From Eledone cirrhosa (Eukaryota): 64,000 nucleotides of DNA. A model generated the notes under the pieces. That model worked only from the letters and a program-made list of their open reading frames with translations. It had not been told where the DNA came from and searched no databases. Of this stretch, positions 41,593 through 55,452 are shown piece by piece. The stretch lies in assembly GCA_964016885.1 (NCBI GenBank), contig OZ024742.1, positions 123,194,001 to 123,258,000 of the forward strand, read 5' to 3'. The translations under genes and the position numbers were made by a program. Position 1 is the first letter of the stretch. Each line of letters begins with the position of its first letter.

Positions 41593-42006
41593 AAGGTTAA
41601 ACAAGGTTCAATGAATAAATCAAAGAATGAGTTTTACAATAGATTAGAAGGATTCAACAAAGTTTGGTTTTCCGGAGTTATTAATATTAATTCAAAATAT
41701 TAACAAAATAGATATTCTTGTGATCAAGTATATTTTATTATACATATTTCAGAGGTACTGAGTTAACTTCAACAGTACGTCCTCATCAGATAAAATAAGT
41801 TGATGCATGACATACCCTGACATAGTAGATGGTTAAGATTCATACCATGACTAAATCTTAACCATTTACTATGTCAGGGTATGTCATGCATCATCTTATT
41901 TTATCTGATGAGGACGTACTGTTGAAGTTAACTCAGTACCTCTGAAATATGTATAATAAAATATACTTGATCATAAGAATATCTATTTTGTTAATATTTT
42001 GAATTA

Positions 42007-42010
<4 letters not shown>
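41590..42010 (-). mobile_element. Fold-back PLE-like element (157-bp arms 41684-41840/41854-42010, 13-bp loop, 94-bp tail), flanked by (TA)n on both sides
   Basis: Inverted repeat with three mismatches. Complete hammerhead in each arm. Confidence 0.85.
41897..41963 (+). ncRNA. Minimal type I hammerhead ribozyme (mirror copy 41731-41797, minus strand)
   Basis: TATTTTAT-CTGATGA-ggacGTACTG..CAGTACctct-GAAA-TATGTA-TA-ATAAAATA. It has an 8-bp stem I, an intact core and a very short self-complementary stem III. Predicted cut after 41955. Confidence 0.7.
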
Positions 42011-42058
<48 letters not shown>

Positions 42059-42739
42059 GTGTGTGTGTGCATTTATACATACATACATTTAGACATACAG
42101 ACATACAGACATATACACATATATATACATACACACAAACATACATACATACATTCGTAAATACATACATACATACATACATATATACATACATACATAG
42201 ATTCATACATACATAGATACATACATACACACACATGTATAAATACACACCAACATACGTACATACGTAGGTACATACATACATACATAACTACTTACCT
42301 ACTGAAGACGAGCAAAAGACAAATATTCGAAGACCTACATACCGAAACACTACTCCACTTTGCAGTTTGCTTTCCAAAGCAGCTGCCATATGGATAACAA
42401 AATAATGACTAAATTTATCAAATTGACATGAAAACGCCATTAACCACTCCTATAAGTAGTGAAATGAAATTAAGTAATTGAAAATACTTTTTTTAATAGT
42501 AAAGGTAAACAAAAGAAACAATAAGAAAAATAAAGAAAAAATGCAAATCTGCTCTACTAGCTATAAGATTTCCACAGATTTTTTTTTTCCACAGATATTG
42601 CTGCGGAAGATTCTCAATGACTTAGTTGCGGAGATATGACAAAATATGTTGAGGTTTACACAAATATACAATGACAAAATTAATATAAGTGAATGTAATG
42701 ACATATGTGTGTTTTAAATGGCTATCACGACCCGTACAT

Positions 42740-42773
42740 TATACACACACAAACACACATATATATATGTATG

Positions 42774-42871
<98 letters not shown>

Positions 42872-42918
42872 AGTGTGGGGGGGGGGGGGTATTGTGTGTG
42901 TGTGTGTGTGTGTGTGTG
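42740..42918. repeat. Compound CA/TA/TG microsatellite
   Basis: Direct reading. Confidence 0.95.
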
Positions 42919-44379
42919 CAATAATGTATGAATCCTGATACGACAACGAACAATTTTTCCAATAGAAAGAAAATCAATAATGAACTATGCCATGATATTT
43001 GGCAGCAGATAAAATATAAACTGACACAAATCACAAATAAGATATTTTAGTAATTGATGTCATAAATTTAGTCTGTATTAATGAACGCTCTTACTGTGAA
43101 CACTTCAAAACAATTGCCTTGTACTGAACTTCACTTTTGTCGCTTAAGTCATTGAAAATCGCTAGAATACCACAAAATATAACCTTTAATCTCTACAAAC
43201 ATATACAGCATTTTGTCATTACAATATCGATATTGTTTTGCTCTAGAAACATACTTGCAACAAGATATAGATTCCTTTTAACAAGGTATGAAATCAAATT
43301 TTGGGATATTAAGCTGATTCAATCTATTCATATATACTGCGGGTATTTATAAAATCGATTTAGTTCAAAGATCGACTCTAATGTGATTAGAACACACCGC
43401 ATAGGGAAACGAAATTAATTATTGTAAATCATACATTTCGTCGCGTCAGCTCTTTCACAAACAATACATTTCCTAATACTTTCCTTCCTACTACGAGTTC
43501 TCAATTTCTGATGATGTCTAGGAGGCGTCGTTTCCATGTCTAACTACAGACGCAGAATTTACCCTGGTACTGGTCAGGTACTTTTGTTCAATTTAGAAAG
43601 GCTGAAAGGCAAAGGTGACCTCGTCGCGGTTTGAAATCAGATCAGAGATCAAATTGCCATAAGAATTAACGCAAAACATTGTATCCGATGCTTTAATGTC
43701 TCTGTTAATTCGACACATAGTTGTACGATATAAACAACTAAATATATTATACATTTATATTTGGCTAAGAGAAAAATCAATCAGAGATTGTCTGCCGAAA
43801 CATCCACTGAGACATACTACATAATATGTCACAAGCTGCGGATGATATCGTATTGTTTTTAATGGACAACATAGAATTTCAGCAATTTATTCGCCAGTCA
43901 TATACAATAAAATAAACTAGTAGCAAGTTTTTTAATCGATATTATCGATTACAAATTATCGATAAATACTATAAAATTCGAACATCTTTAAAGACAGAAT
44001 ATACAAAGCCTACACAGAATTAGTTTTTCCTACAAAAATGTTACGCCATATCTCTTATCAAACGTGACTGTAATGGTTAGGATGAATTGAGTTTTACCAA
44101 TTAAATGTCTTTGCTTCATCCATAGCAGGGAAATACGACGGTTATTGTCTATAGTGCATGCTAAGCCTCCCACTCCACCTCGAGTGTTCGAACACTAACA
44201 CACGTACACACAGACACATATATATATGTATGTGGAGGTGCAGGTGTAATATTGCCGATTGATATTTAGACGTCGAAAAATATCAACGTTTTTAATTTTC
44301 TTAAATACATTACGAAGCAAAACGTATAAAAATCGATAGAAATAAAGACGAAAATGAATGAATTAGTTGCACTTTTATT

Positions 44380-44830
44380 GAGTTTGGCTTCCACCTACAA
44401 ACCTTACGGATTCCAGATCGTTTTTTCTGCATGTCGAATTATTCAGAATTTCGCGAAAATGTTTCTTTAATTTTTAAACTTTGATTGTTTCCTTTGATAA
44501 ACTGCAAACAGACTGACGTCGTTTGGTTTGATGGTGCATTCATTTGAAGGATTCCCCTTTTCATGACAATCTAGGAAAGAAAGTGACAAAAGATGTTCGA
44601 CTTCAGTCATTGCTGTGCCTTTGTGTCTTGCTGTTAGAAAATGCGGTGATGCAGTATTTTTGTCATGTTCTTTAAAACCGTTCGTCTGCTGATTCACTGA
44701 AAACCTGATCTCGGCCTCTTTTTACTTCGGTATCACAATTTAATGTTAACTATATATTGCTAATTTTGCTTCCAATCTTATACTACTTGTCTTCTTAGCA
44801 CGTTTACCAGTTATACCGGCGAGGTTTACT
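44380..44830 (-). pseudogene. Tigger/pogo-like transposase remnant (CENP-B-type HTH region)
   Basis: ORF 44467..44697 (KEHDKNTAS..MTEVEHLLSLSFLDCHEKGNPS..TIK..SLF) and downstream F..KKRSGIRKV resemble the Tigger N-terminal pattern. Confidence 0.5.
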
Positions 44831-45315
44831 TGTTTATGAATCTAAACAATAAAATCAGTATGTGAAAATACAATAACCCCCTGAATAACATGACTCCGAA
44901 CAAGCACGGTCTGCACATTGTTATAATATGTAAATTACAAAAACAAAATAACATATAGCCAATATGCAGACGTGGTGCAGAAAAACGTAACATAAATCAC
45001 AGGTTTAAAGCCATACATTTCAGAGAAACTGAAAGAGGAAAATGAAACTGCAATGTTGCATTATACAGGTTGATTAAAAAAGTTGATATCATTTGAAAAG
45101 TAAATATCCAAGAAACTACAAAGTCTGAGACAGCGAGATTGTGCAGGCTTAATGTTAACCAACATAAGATTTATTCCTCAAAAATTGTCAACATTATAAT
45201 GCTAATTAACAATATAGATTTTAATGTAACAATCTTGGGTACTGTCCGTTAATATCACATTTTTTTAAACACTGCAGATTTCACTTCTTAAAACGTATCG
45301 TTTACCACATTAGAG

Positions 45316-45660
45316 AGCGGCGATTTGGCCGAGTCGTTAAAATGTCTGACAGAATGCTTTGCGGTATTCGTTTCGGCTCTCTTCTCTCTGAGTCCAAATA
45401 ACGCCGTGGTCAACTTTTCCTGTCATCTATTCGCGGTCGATGAAAAAGTTTCAGTCTAGTACTGGGGTCGATTGTTCCACTATTTTTCTTTCCCACTTTC
45501 ATTCTCTCGCCCTCTGTCCTCTTGAAGAAATCTGCTGTATTCAAAGCTGAAAAGGAGATGGGCTCCACCAGGTTAACAATTCCCTAGAAACACCATATGT
45601 CAATACGGTACCCCTACGATTCCCCCAGAAGTTACGGGATCAAGCATGTATGAAGGTGAG
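45316..45660 (+). mobile_element. SINE family 1 head joined to an alternative 3' module (second copy 48247-48560)
   Basis: Both loci have the family-1 head followed by atgggctc..tagaaac..atgtcaatacg..cccta..agttacggga. Confidence 0.55.
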
Positions 45661-45731
45661 ATAATATCGATTGCATATACACATTATTCGAATTTTTATG
45701 CCAAAATGCCAGCCCTACAATGAGTTGACTG

Positions 45732-45840
45732 TACGAGTTAGATCCCAAAAGTATGGATACTGTCCTTTTATTCAAATGTATATTAGAAGTATATGAAATT
45801 ACAGGTTATCAGTTCCTTTACTTTTGGATCAAACCTGATA
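45732..45840. mobile_element. Possible mariner-like MITE
   Basis: Imperfect terminal inverted repeats of about 30 bp (tacgagttagatcccaaaagta / tacttttggatcaaacctgata) with TA at both ends. Confidence 0.35.
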
Positions 45841-46468
45841 TGCCTCTATTGTTGAAAAGTTTACCTTATCCGATGGAAATCGATTACAGTTTCAGGATTT
45901 AGTTCTTACGCTAACTGAATTCTTATGGTTAGCAATATTCCTTCCAGACAGAAATGTTTATTAATTACCAGTTAACTGCATGTAGAAAATCTTGTCATAC
46001 TTGGATAGATAAATGTCAGTGTATGTTTAATTCAATATTATGTATCAGGTAGTTGCGTGTTTCGAGGCCTGTCATATGTGGACAGCATAACTGTTAGTTT
46101 ATGTTAAGCTCAATATTTGCTTAATTAAGTCTTTTTATTGTAATGTCCCTCTGAGATTATTTCCGTCTGAAGTCGCTTCTAGATATTGCATGCCTTGTCA
46201 CTGCTGATGAACAACATGTCTCACTATTATTCTATCATTTCTACTACTACTATTACTTCCTAGAAAATCTCTGGTCCGTTTCCAATTCCAATTAAATAAT
46301 CTTCTTGCCACTGACAGTAAATAGCCCAACGCCAACTGAGTTCCCCAAATGAATCTTTCTTGTACAATCTAAGACAAATCAGACAATTGCTATGTATGTA
46401 CACAAACGCACTCACATACATACACACACACATACACACACGCGCGCGCGCGCACACACACACAGACG

Positions 46469-46523
<55 letters not shown>

Positions 46524-46528
<5 letters not shown>

Positions 46529-46722
46529 AACCAGTAAGACCCCCACAGCTGAGCTCAAGCCGTTTCGACGGCTAATTCTGGACGGTCCAGAATTAGCCGT
46601 CGAAACGGCTTGAGCTCAGCTGTCGGGGTCTTACTGGTTCCTATTACCCACTCTACTACCTCAAGTATTGAGTACTTTGGTGCGTTATGGTCCACCTGGT
46701 TCCTTACCACATTTCCTTCGTT
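46524..46722 (+). mobile_element. Small hairpin PLE-like element (60-bp arms, 1-nt loop at 46584, 78-bp tail) inside (TA)n
   Basis: Palindrome 46524-46644 with one mismatch. Contains the 3' half of a hammerhead: GACGG..CCGTC-GAAA-CGGCT-tgagctc-AGCTG-TC-gggg. Confidence 0.85.
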
Positions 46723-46807
46723 ATATATATATATATATATACCTACATACATATAGGTATATATGAATGTATATATATACAAACATTTATCTATATATGT
46801 ATATGGG

Positions 46808-46869
<62 letters not shown>

Positions 46870-49800
46870 AACAAATATACGCATTTATATATATAACCGA
46901 TTGATACAATTTTTAAAGATCTAGGCGTACTTGAAAATGTTTATTTCATTCATATCATGCTAATACACTTGCGTATCTGACACACAGACATTTTAATATT
47001 ACATGTCTTCGTGCATCTTTTAAAATTAAATCTACCTTCCCCAAGCGAATTTCTAAACAAATTGCTGAACTTAATTGTATATTGTTGATTGTGTTAGTAA
47101 ACGCATAGTTAATTCCGTGTCATGATACTCTTCTTTGGGAAAACCCTTATCGGTTGAACTCAACCTTTTTCAACTTCATTTTAGTCTTGTCAAGCGTGTA
47201 GCTGTTTTCCCAACGCATAGCTAATTGTGGGTTGCTGAAATTATTTAACCCATAGTCGGGGTGGGTAGGCGTTGAGAGAAAAATCCATTCGCATTCTTAA
47301 CATCTATATTTTGTACTGTTGGGGTTCCCCTTACCCTTCTCCCCAGGCCAGTGTCTGGTGGGGAGCCGGTTTAGTCACCGACCACTCGACCATGAAGCAG
47401 GTTGTGCAGGGTTACATGTATACCAGTAGCAAGCAGAAGCCTGATTCGATCAATGATAACAAGTTTCTCGCAAGACGTGTTTGTAATGTATATTAAATAC
47501 ACGTTTGAATCATTTTGATTCAGCTCCTTATTTTACTTATGATTTCCAAACCCTATTCGATAGCACCTAGTGTTAACGTACACAACATACATTAAATGAA
47601 TATTATAGGTCGGGAGAGATTTGCCGAGATACCATCCATGTGGACTGTCAACCTGCTAGACATGGCAGAATAATCATCCTTATCACATTCTACTGTCTTA
47701 AAAAATGGGACTAACAATTTGGATAACACAATCCTGAATGTACACAAAGATGTTATGGTACATTCTAGAATAGTTTAATCATACGTTTACTAGTTTAAAG
47801 ATTAGTTACGTCTATACAATTATATCTATGGGCGTGAAACAAATGTAAAACTTTTCCCGAAGGAATTTCAGTTTGAGCCAACATTAAGTTCCTTATAATA
47901 TTCATATTCTTCAGAACATGGATTTCATAAATTAGTAAGTGTGTTTAGAAAGATTGTGTGCATTTTAACTCTTGAAAAATATCCATGTTTCTACAATATA
48001 ATCATGTGAATTTCTTGTTGCAGAGAAATATCTCATTAAATGATGGATCTGCACTTGGAACGTTATCTCTAACGTGCAGATCAAGGAACATTTTAAAATC
48101 TTGAATAACAACAATCATACTTTCATGCGCGTCTCATGTATTTACTTCATTGATGTTTTAAAATGGAAAAAGAGGAGCAGATATAGCTTGGCATCTATGC
48201 TGGAGTAAGTTACCATAATTGTTCAAGTGTACTTGAACATATATAAGCAGTGAATTGGCAGTGTCACTAAAATGACGGATAGAATGCTTTACTGTATTGG
48301 TTTTGAATCTCTAAATCCCACTGAAGTAAACTTTATCTTTCATCCATTCGAGGACAATAAAAAAGTACCAGTCAAGTACTGGGGTCGACTTTCTCACTTC
48401 CATTATCCCATTCTGTATCCTCCTATGGAGGAAATAAGCTGTGTTCATACCTGGGGAGGAAATGGGCTCTGCCAAGTGTTAAGATGCCTTAGAAACGCCG
48501 GATGTCAATACGCCACCCCTATGAATCCCTTTGGAGTTACGGGAACATACATACCCGAACGTATCACATACGACACTGTAGCAATTCTACTATTCCTGCA
48601 CCCTGAACTGATAACTTACGTATCATCACATTGAATTTAGAATGTGGAAAACCAAAGAAAATGCTACAAACTCTTCTGCCGGAAACTTTAATGACACTCA
48701 ATGCTCCGCCTTGTTTACAGTAGCTTGTATGGTTTTGGATATTCTCGAGAAAGCTGTTCTATATTTATATAAATATATATATATATGGGTTTTATATTCA
48801 TATGCGTGTGTCGTTATGAATGTTGTGTTTCTATGTGATGCTTGTTTTAGTGAACGAACATGTTTTCATTTTCTGTGTTCCATTTACATAAATAGATTCA
48901 AAGACAAAAAAGGTAATTGTATAATGTATTATACTTTACATTTCCTTGTGTAAGATATAGCAGTGATTTGGTTTCCGTTCACAACTGAAACTTTATGGCA
49001 CCACTTAGCTGGCTAATGCATTTTTGAAAACGCATTATTATAAATCCTTATTTCCTCCTTTGTTAAATATCTCAAAATTCTGGTTTCTAGCTAAGAATAA
49101 TACTTAGTTTCCATATTCCATTTTTCTCCTTACCACATGGGAGTGTGAAAGCGTGTATGTCCAATTATGTACGTATGTGTGTATGTATGTACGTATGTAT
49201 GTTTGTATATGTGTGTGATGTGTTTGTGTGCATGTGTCTATATGCATGAATATGTAATATAGAATAGAAAAAATAAACTTCATATTGCATCACTGGGCAT
49301 CCATGTCGTGTTTCTTTTAAGTGTTAAGCTATACATATTTATTACACATATTTGCTCTCTTAACACAAGTTTCAACTAGAATTCCATTAGTTTTATTTTA
49401 TGCTTCTCTTGTCATTGTGCTTGATTTTGTTGTTGGTTGTTATCGTTTTCCTCCAAGTCTTCCTTGTTGAAAAATACATAACGTCAAAACATAATATGCC
49501 TTTCGTCGTTTAAAGACGATAGTGTAAGATTTGAAAGAGATTCTGCTGTTATTTTTAGCATATCGGAACACCACAATGAGCTGACCCCATACTCTGAAAT
49601 GTTTAAAGTAAATTAGCTATTCAGAATTATATTTTTCACATTCTTTCTACGGTAAAATAATCTAACTTGTTAATTTAATACATTAGAATTAAACATCCCC
49701 AAAGATATTGAGTGATGATATCCCACAGAAAAGATTTTGTAAGTATAGCTGTAGTCAGTTAAATTTGATCCAAGTCCATAGTATATGCAACACAGAAGAA

Positions 49801-50709
49801 TTAAATACAAAGTTAACCGAGGAAAATTTTCAAATCAGATGATCCATTCGCATGCAGCCGATAAATTAGATATCCTTTCTAGTACTAGAGTCGATATAAT
49901 CAACTTTATTCCTCCCCAAATTTCAACATTTGCAGCTATATCAGAAATATTTTTAGATGCTAATATACAGTATATATTTCAGAACAATACGAAATCAAGA
50001 CCGGCCGTTTGACCGAGATATATGGAGATAACAAAGATGTCTCACTACAGCCCCTCTATCTATTAGGAATAATAGCTATGTCCTATTAAAATCACAATCC
50101 TTTTTGTTCTGTGGTAGAACCGGCAATAAGATCGAAGCCCCAACCTACAGGAAATCATTAAGACTAAATTAAACGATGCCGTTAATATTTGATTGACAGT
50201 GTGTGTGTGTGCGTGAATCAATAAATCCTTTTTTTTATGTTTAAAACTTCTTTCATTTATTGGAAATGAGAATCAGTGAATTACAATTAGGAAGGTCCAC
50301 TTTGTAAGGAAGGTCCACTTTGTGGGTATTTGTATGTATGTGTTATATATATGCATGTGTATGCAAGTGTGTGTGCAGGTTACCCATTATTAATTTCAGT
50401 CTGTGATTTGAATCAGCTGCTAGTAAATTTAGTTGAATTAGATTTTGAGACGAACATGTTTTACAAGCAGATACCAACAGACAAATAATGTTTTTGTCAT
50501 TCCTGTTTTGATTTTGTTTTTGTCTTTTGTAATATAGCAATATTTAATATAGAAATGATACTTCAAGAGCAACTAGACGAATACACACAATATTAAGAAA
50601 GTATTTTATGAAGTTTCTAACAGAATAAACAATATTAGCAAGTTCAGCAAATAAGATTATAGACAAAAACACTACATATTAAAATAAATTAAATTCACAG
50701 TTCAAACAA

Positions 50710-51114
<405 letters not shown>

Positions 51115-51566
51115 AGAAAACATATGTATACGCCTGTGGGCTTGCGTGTGTAGTTATGTTTTTTACGTGAAGAAACATGAAAACGTGGTGAAAGCTATGA
51201 CAGGTAATATCGTTGAAAGTTAATGGTATAAAGTTGAGAATATTATAGGCAAGTGTTGACAGCATTAGTAAGGAATGTAAATCATTTTCTATGAAGACAA
51301 TTGATGTATTACAATATTGATAGTATAAATACAGCAGATCGTGTTGATGTTCAATATTGTTCAAAGCGTTCGGTCTAGACAGTAAACAATCGAAACGGCA
51401 TTAATAATAAAATAAGTATAGTTAGGTCCTGCTATTTACTGAAATAAGTCAAGATTTACTCTATAATTCAAAGATATCAATGTCTTGGAGTTAATATTGT
51501 TATTGTTGTTGCACTGCTGCTGTTTTCTTACATCTTGTGTTTAGCAGTTAGATTTATTTGCTTACA

Positions 51567-51567
<1 letters not shown>

Positions 51568-51597
<30 letters not shown>

Positions 51598-51634
51598 AAG
51601 AAGAAGAAGAAGAAGAAGAAGAAGAAGAAGAAGA
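51568..51634. repeat. (AAG)n microsatellite
   Basis: Direct reading. Confidence 0.95.
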
Positions 51635-51968
51635 AATATTGTTAGTAATATCGTGCTGTTTAGTTCCTGTTCTTTTTATTATTTATATATTTTTCCATTT
51701 AATTATCTCTCCTATCTTCTTGATGGAGTGTGTTATTATATACTTTCATTTACAAATTGATGGATCACCTTACTCCAGAGATTGTCTCCCTTGAGCACGA
51801 GTTTAACATAAAAACATGATTAATAATGAATTGTCATACAACTTACATCAAGGTATTACTATCAACGTAGTTTCTACATCTTTAGTATCTATATTTACTT
51901 TAATTTTAATTTTGAAAGACAGAAAGTAGCCGATGTTTTATCTTTATAATTATTATTATTATTATTAT

Positions 51969-52482
51969 CGTGAGGATTGGCCTGGCCCCTTCCTTTAGCC
52001 GGGAAGGGTAGGCAGTTTTTATCTGTCTGGTAATAAAAGTGCTGAAGACGAGCACTTACCTCTTTGGTGGTGCCCTGATTAACTTTTTCAAATTTCATTT
52101 GAAAAAGAAAATCAGGGTAGAGAGGGAAATACTCTCTTCCAAGTATTTTGTTGAAAGATGGGTGAGAGAGGCAAGCATGGCCCGAGTGAATGGGCCTACT
52201 CTGAGTAAGCGCCTGTAAATTGAAGGTGGAAAACTCGCAGAGGGCACTTGTCCTGGTGGTCAGGGTCACTGTGGCTTTTTGTAATGGGCTTTCTTCACGA
52301 ATGTCCCTCGGAAGTCACCCCCCTATTGGGGAATTGTTTCATTGTTCTATTATTACCTCCTCTGTTTCTTGTTTTTTACACGCAGAAATGCCCATTTGTA
52401 CCGTCCTGTATTGTACGTACTGTCCTTAATGTCTACTTTATGTAAACCCTTGCGGTCAATAAAGAAAGCATTATAAAGAAAG

Positions 52483-52484
<2 letters not shown>
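51969..52484 (+). mobile_element. 5'-truncated Tx1/L1-like LINE 3' end within (ATT)n
   Basis: Frame 51970-52218 (one stop) reads ..LINFFKFHLKKKIRVEREILSSKYFVERW.., resembling a Tx1-like ORF2 C-terminus. 3' UTR has AATAAA. (ATT)n on both sides. Confidence 0.45.
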
Positions 52485-52528
<44 letters not shown>

Positions 52529-54797
52529 GTTCTTTGAGTCTCAGTCATTTATGTTAGTTAACTGGAAAGTTTGTTGAAATGAATATCAAGCCACTACCTG
52601 CAGCCTCAGATATTCAGGACGTATCGGAGGTTTCTTGCTGTTCCCAGCAAGCATGCCTTTTGAAGCGTTCCAAAAGCGGGGCGAGGCCAATTTTCTTTAA
52701 CCATCCCTGGAAACTTTTTGAGATCGTTTTCTATCAACGACTCTGGCTTATGCTCATACCACTTCTCAGAATGTGGTAAATTGTTTACTTTGCATAGGTG
52801 CCAGTGGATCACCCTGCCCATCACATCATGTCTCCAGCCCTTATAAAGAGTCTGGGCTAGGTTTTTACACTCGGATACAATGTGAGCCACAGTCTCCGCT
52901 CTCTCTCCACAGATCCTGCACAGTGGGCTAGCCTCCTCCTTGTAAATGTGGTGTTTCAACCACTTCGTTTTGAGGGCCTGCTCTTGCGCAGCCATGAACA
53001 TTCCTTCTGTAGCCTTTTTAAGGTCTCCTATGTTCAACCAGTTCCATGTCTGTGGATCTCTGAATTCAGTTTTCTCAAAGAAGGTACTATGAAGGGATTT
53101 TTCCTGAAGGCTGCTCTTTCTCCTTGTTGTTATTTCCTCCTTGGACATCCCCTGGTCTATTGTCCTCTCCTTCAGTACAGTTCTGAGCATTGGCTCCTTA
53201 CTATTAGTCACGTATTTGTATAGGTTGTTTTTCTCCATCTGAACACAGTCCTCTATGCTGATAAGACCTCTTCCAAGTTCAGATCTCCTTAAGTAGAGTC
53301 TATCGACATCACTCCTCTTGTGGAACATGTTGTAGATAGTCAATAGCTTCCTAGTCTTCCTATCCATTTCTTTTTGTTCAGCAACATACCATTTCAGAAT
53401 TCCCGCACTGTACCTAATAATAGACACAGATCGGGAATTTACTGCACTTATGGCATTCCTACTGTTCAGATGTGACTTTAATACGCTCCTTACTCTCCGA
53501 ATGTATTCAGTTCTTATTAATTCCTTCATATTTTTGTTCTTGATGTCATCAGCCTCCAGAACACCCAAATACTTGTATCCTTCTTCAGTGTCAATTTTCT
53601 TTATCATCTCACCTGTTGGTACCTGGATTCCGATACTTCTGCTCAATTTACCCCTTTTCATCACAAGGACTCCACACTTACTAATACCAAATTGCATACA
53701 TATATCATTGCTGAAAATACGGACAGTGTCAACAAGCACATCCAACTCCTTCTCACTCTTCCCGAAGAGCTTAAATCGTCCATGAAGAGGAGGTGATTGA
53801 TGGTAAGCTCTCCCTTTCCCAACTTGTATCCTGCTCTCACCTTTCGCAGTATAATGGTTAGGGCAAGGACAAACAACAGAGGGGACAGACTATCTCCCTG
53901 AAAGATACCTCTCTTGATCTTCACGCCTCCCAAGGATTCTCCAGCTGATGTTAACTATGTTTCCCAGGACTTCATACTTTTGCCCAACAACTGTCTGATG
54001 TTATCTGCCACCTTGAATATCTCTAGGCTTTTGGTGATCCAAGAATGAGGCACCATGTCAAATGCCTTTTTGTAGTATATCCATCCCATGGCAAGACCAG
54101 TGTGTCTCCTCTTGCAATTCATCATTACCATCTTATCAATAAGTAACTGGTCCTTTGTACCACGGGACTTCTTTCGGCATCCTTTCTGTTCGTCCGGTAA
54201 CATGTTGTTTGTGTGGAGGTGATGGTAGATTTCCTCAGACATAATGCTTGTCAACAGTTTCCACATTACGGACAGACATGTGATAGGTCTATAGTTGGTA
54301 ACATCATTACCCTTGATTCGGTCTTTCATTATCAGAACTGTGGTACCTTTTGTCAACCACTCTGGTACCTCACCTGACATCAAGCAGTCATTGAACATGG
54401 TTGTCAGTTTCGGGTGGAGGGATGTTATATTTTTAATCCAATACCCCTGCATACCATCTGGGCCTGGTGATTTCCAGTTGGTTAGTTTTTTGGCCTGCCC
54501 CTTAAGAGTTTCAACTGTGATACTCAAATCAGTTTGTTGGTGTGCCTGTACACTAATCTCCTTCTGTACTGTCTCAATCCACACTGCCTGATCATTATGT
54601 TTAACATCCTGCTCCCATATTCCTCTCCAGAATGTTTTAGTTTTTCCGCCTCAGGGATCAAGTCGTTGCCTCTTTCTTTCCTTTCAAGCTGTCCAAACAG
54701 CATCTTTTGGTTGTTGTCAAACATGTCAAACATGCGGTTCTGACAGCATCTTCTGTTTGTTGTCAAACAACAGCATCTTCTGGTTGTTGTCAAACAA
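52529..54797 (-). mobile_element. R4/Dong-clade non-LTR retrotransposon, family X, 5'-truncated and frameshifted
   Basis: RT motifs NYRPIT, KAFDMV, GIFQGDSLSPLLF and HLLFMDDL. CCHC CRICGERAETVAHIVSEC. RLE domain deleted. Bounded by (TAA)n. Confidence 0.9.
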
Positions 54798-54816
54798 TTA
54801 TTATTATTATTATTAC

Positions 54817-55169
54817 AGTTGCATTTATCTTGCTTTATGTTCATACGAGTTATCACCAAGTCACAACCAGTGACCTCAAGAGACAACAAGGTCCGCCATG
54901 TTCAACAGAGAACATACATACTCACACATGCATCTTTAGTGTTTAGACTTGTGATGTACTTATATTGACAGAATCTTCCTTAGTATATGGGCAGTTCCCA
55001 TTAGTAATATCTTTTGTATTTCTCCTATACGCAGGTTTCTGGAATTTGCGATAAGTAATCATTAGACCCCTTAGGTATCATTCCCAGAGCGCCTACAACC
55101 ACTGGTATTGTTTTAGTTCTCAATTTCTACATTTTTCCAATTTCTATCTCCAGGTCCTTATACTTGATC
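54817..55169 (-). mobile_element. R4/Dong 3' terminal fragment
   Basis: Manual translation KYKDLEIEIGKM*KLRTKTIPVVVGALG..EIQKILLMGTAHILRKILSI* plus 3' UTR. Bounded by (TAA)n. Confidence 0.8.
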
Positions 55170-55170
55170 A

Positions 55171-55201
<31 letters not shown>

Positions 55202-55213
55202 TATTATTATTAC

Positions 55214-55305
<92 letters not shown>

Positions 55306-55452
55306 AGTGTGTGAAGTAATTCTGTCGGAAAGTTCCAGGAAAAAAGAGTGCTCTATGTAGGTTACAGTGGTTATTTATGTAATAAACAACATAAGATGAT
55401 TATTTCATTTACCAGTAGTTTATTGAAAGCAAATAAATCTGCTATCAGTCGT

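Noticed and set aside
41684-42010. Arm mismatches as fossil A-to-I editing
   Set aside because: Only three mismatches, two of them A/G, which cannot be told apart from ordinary transitions.
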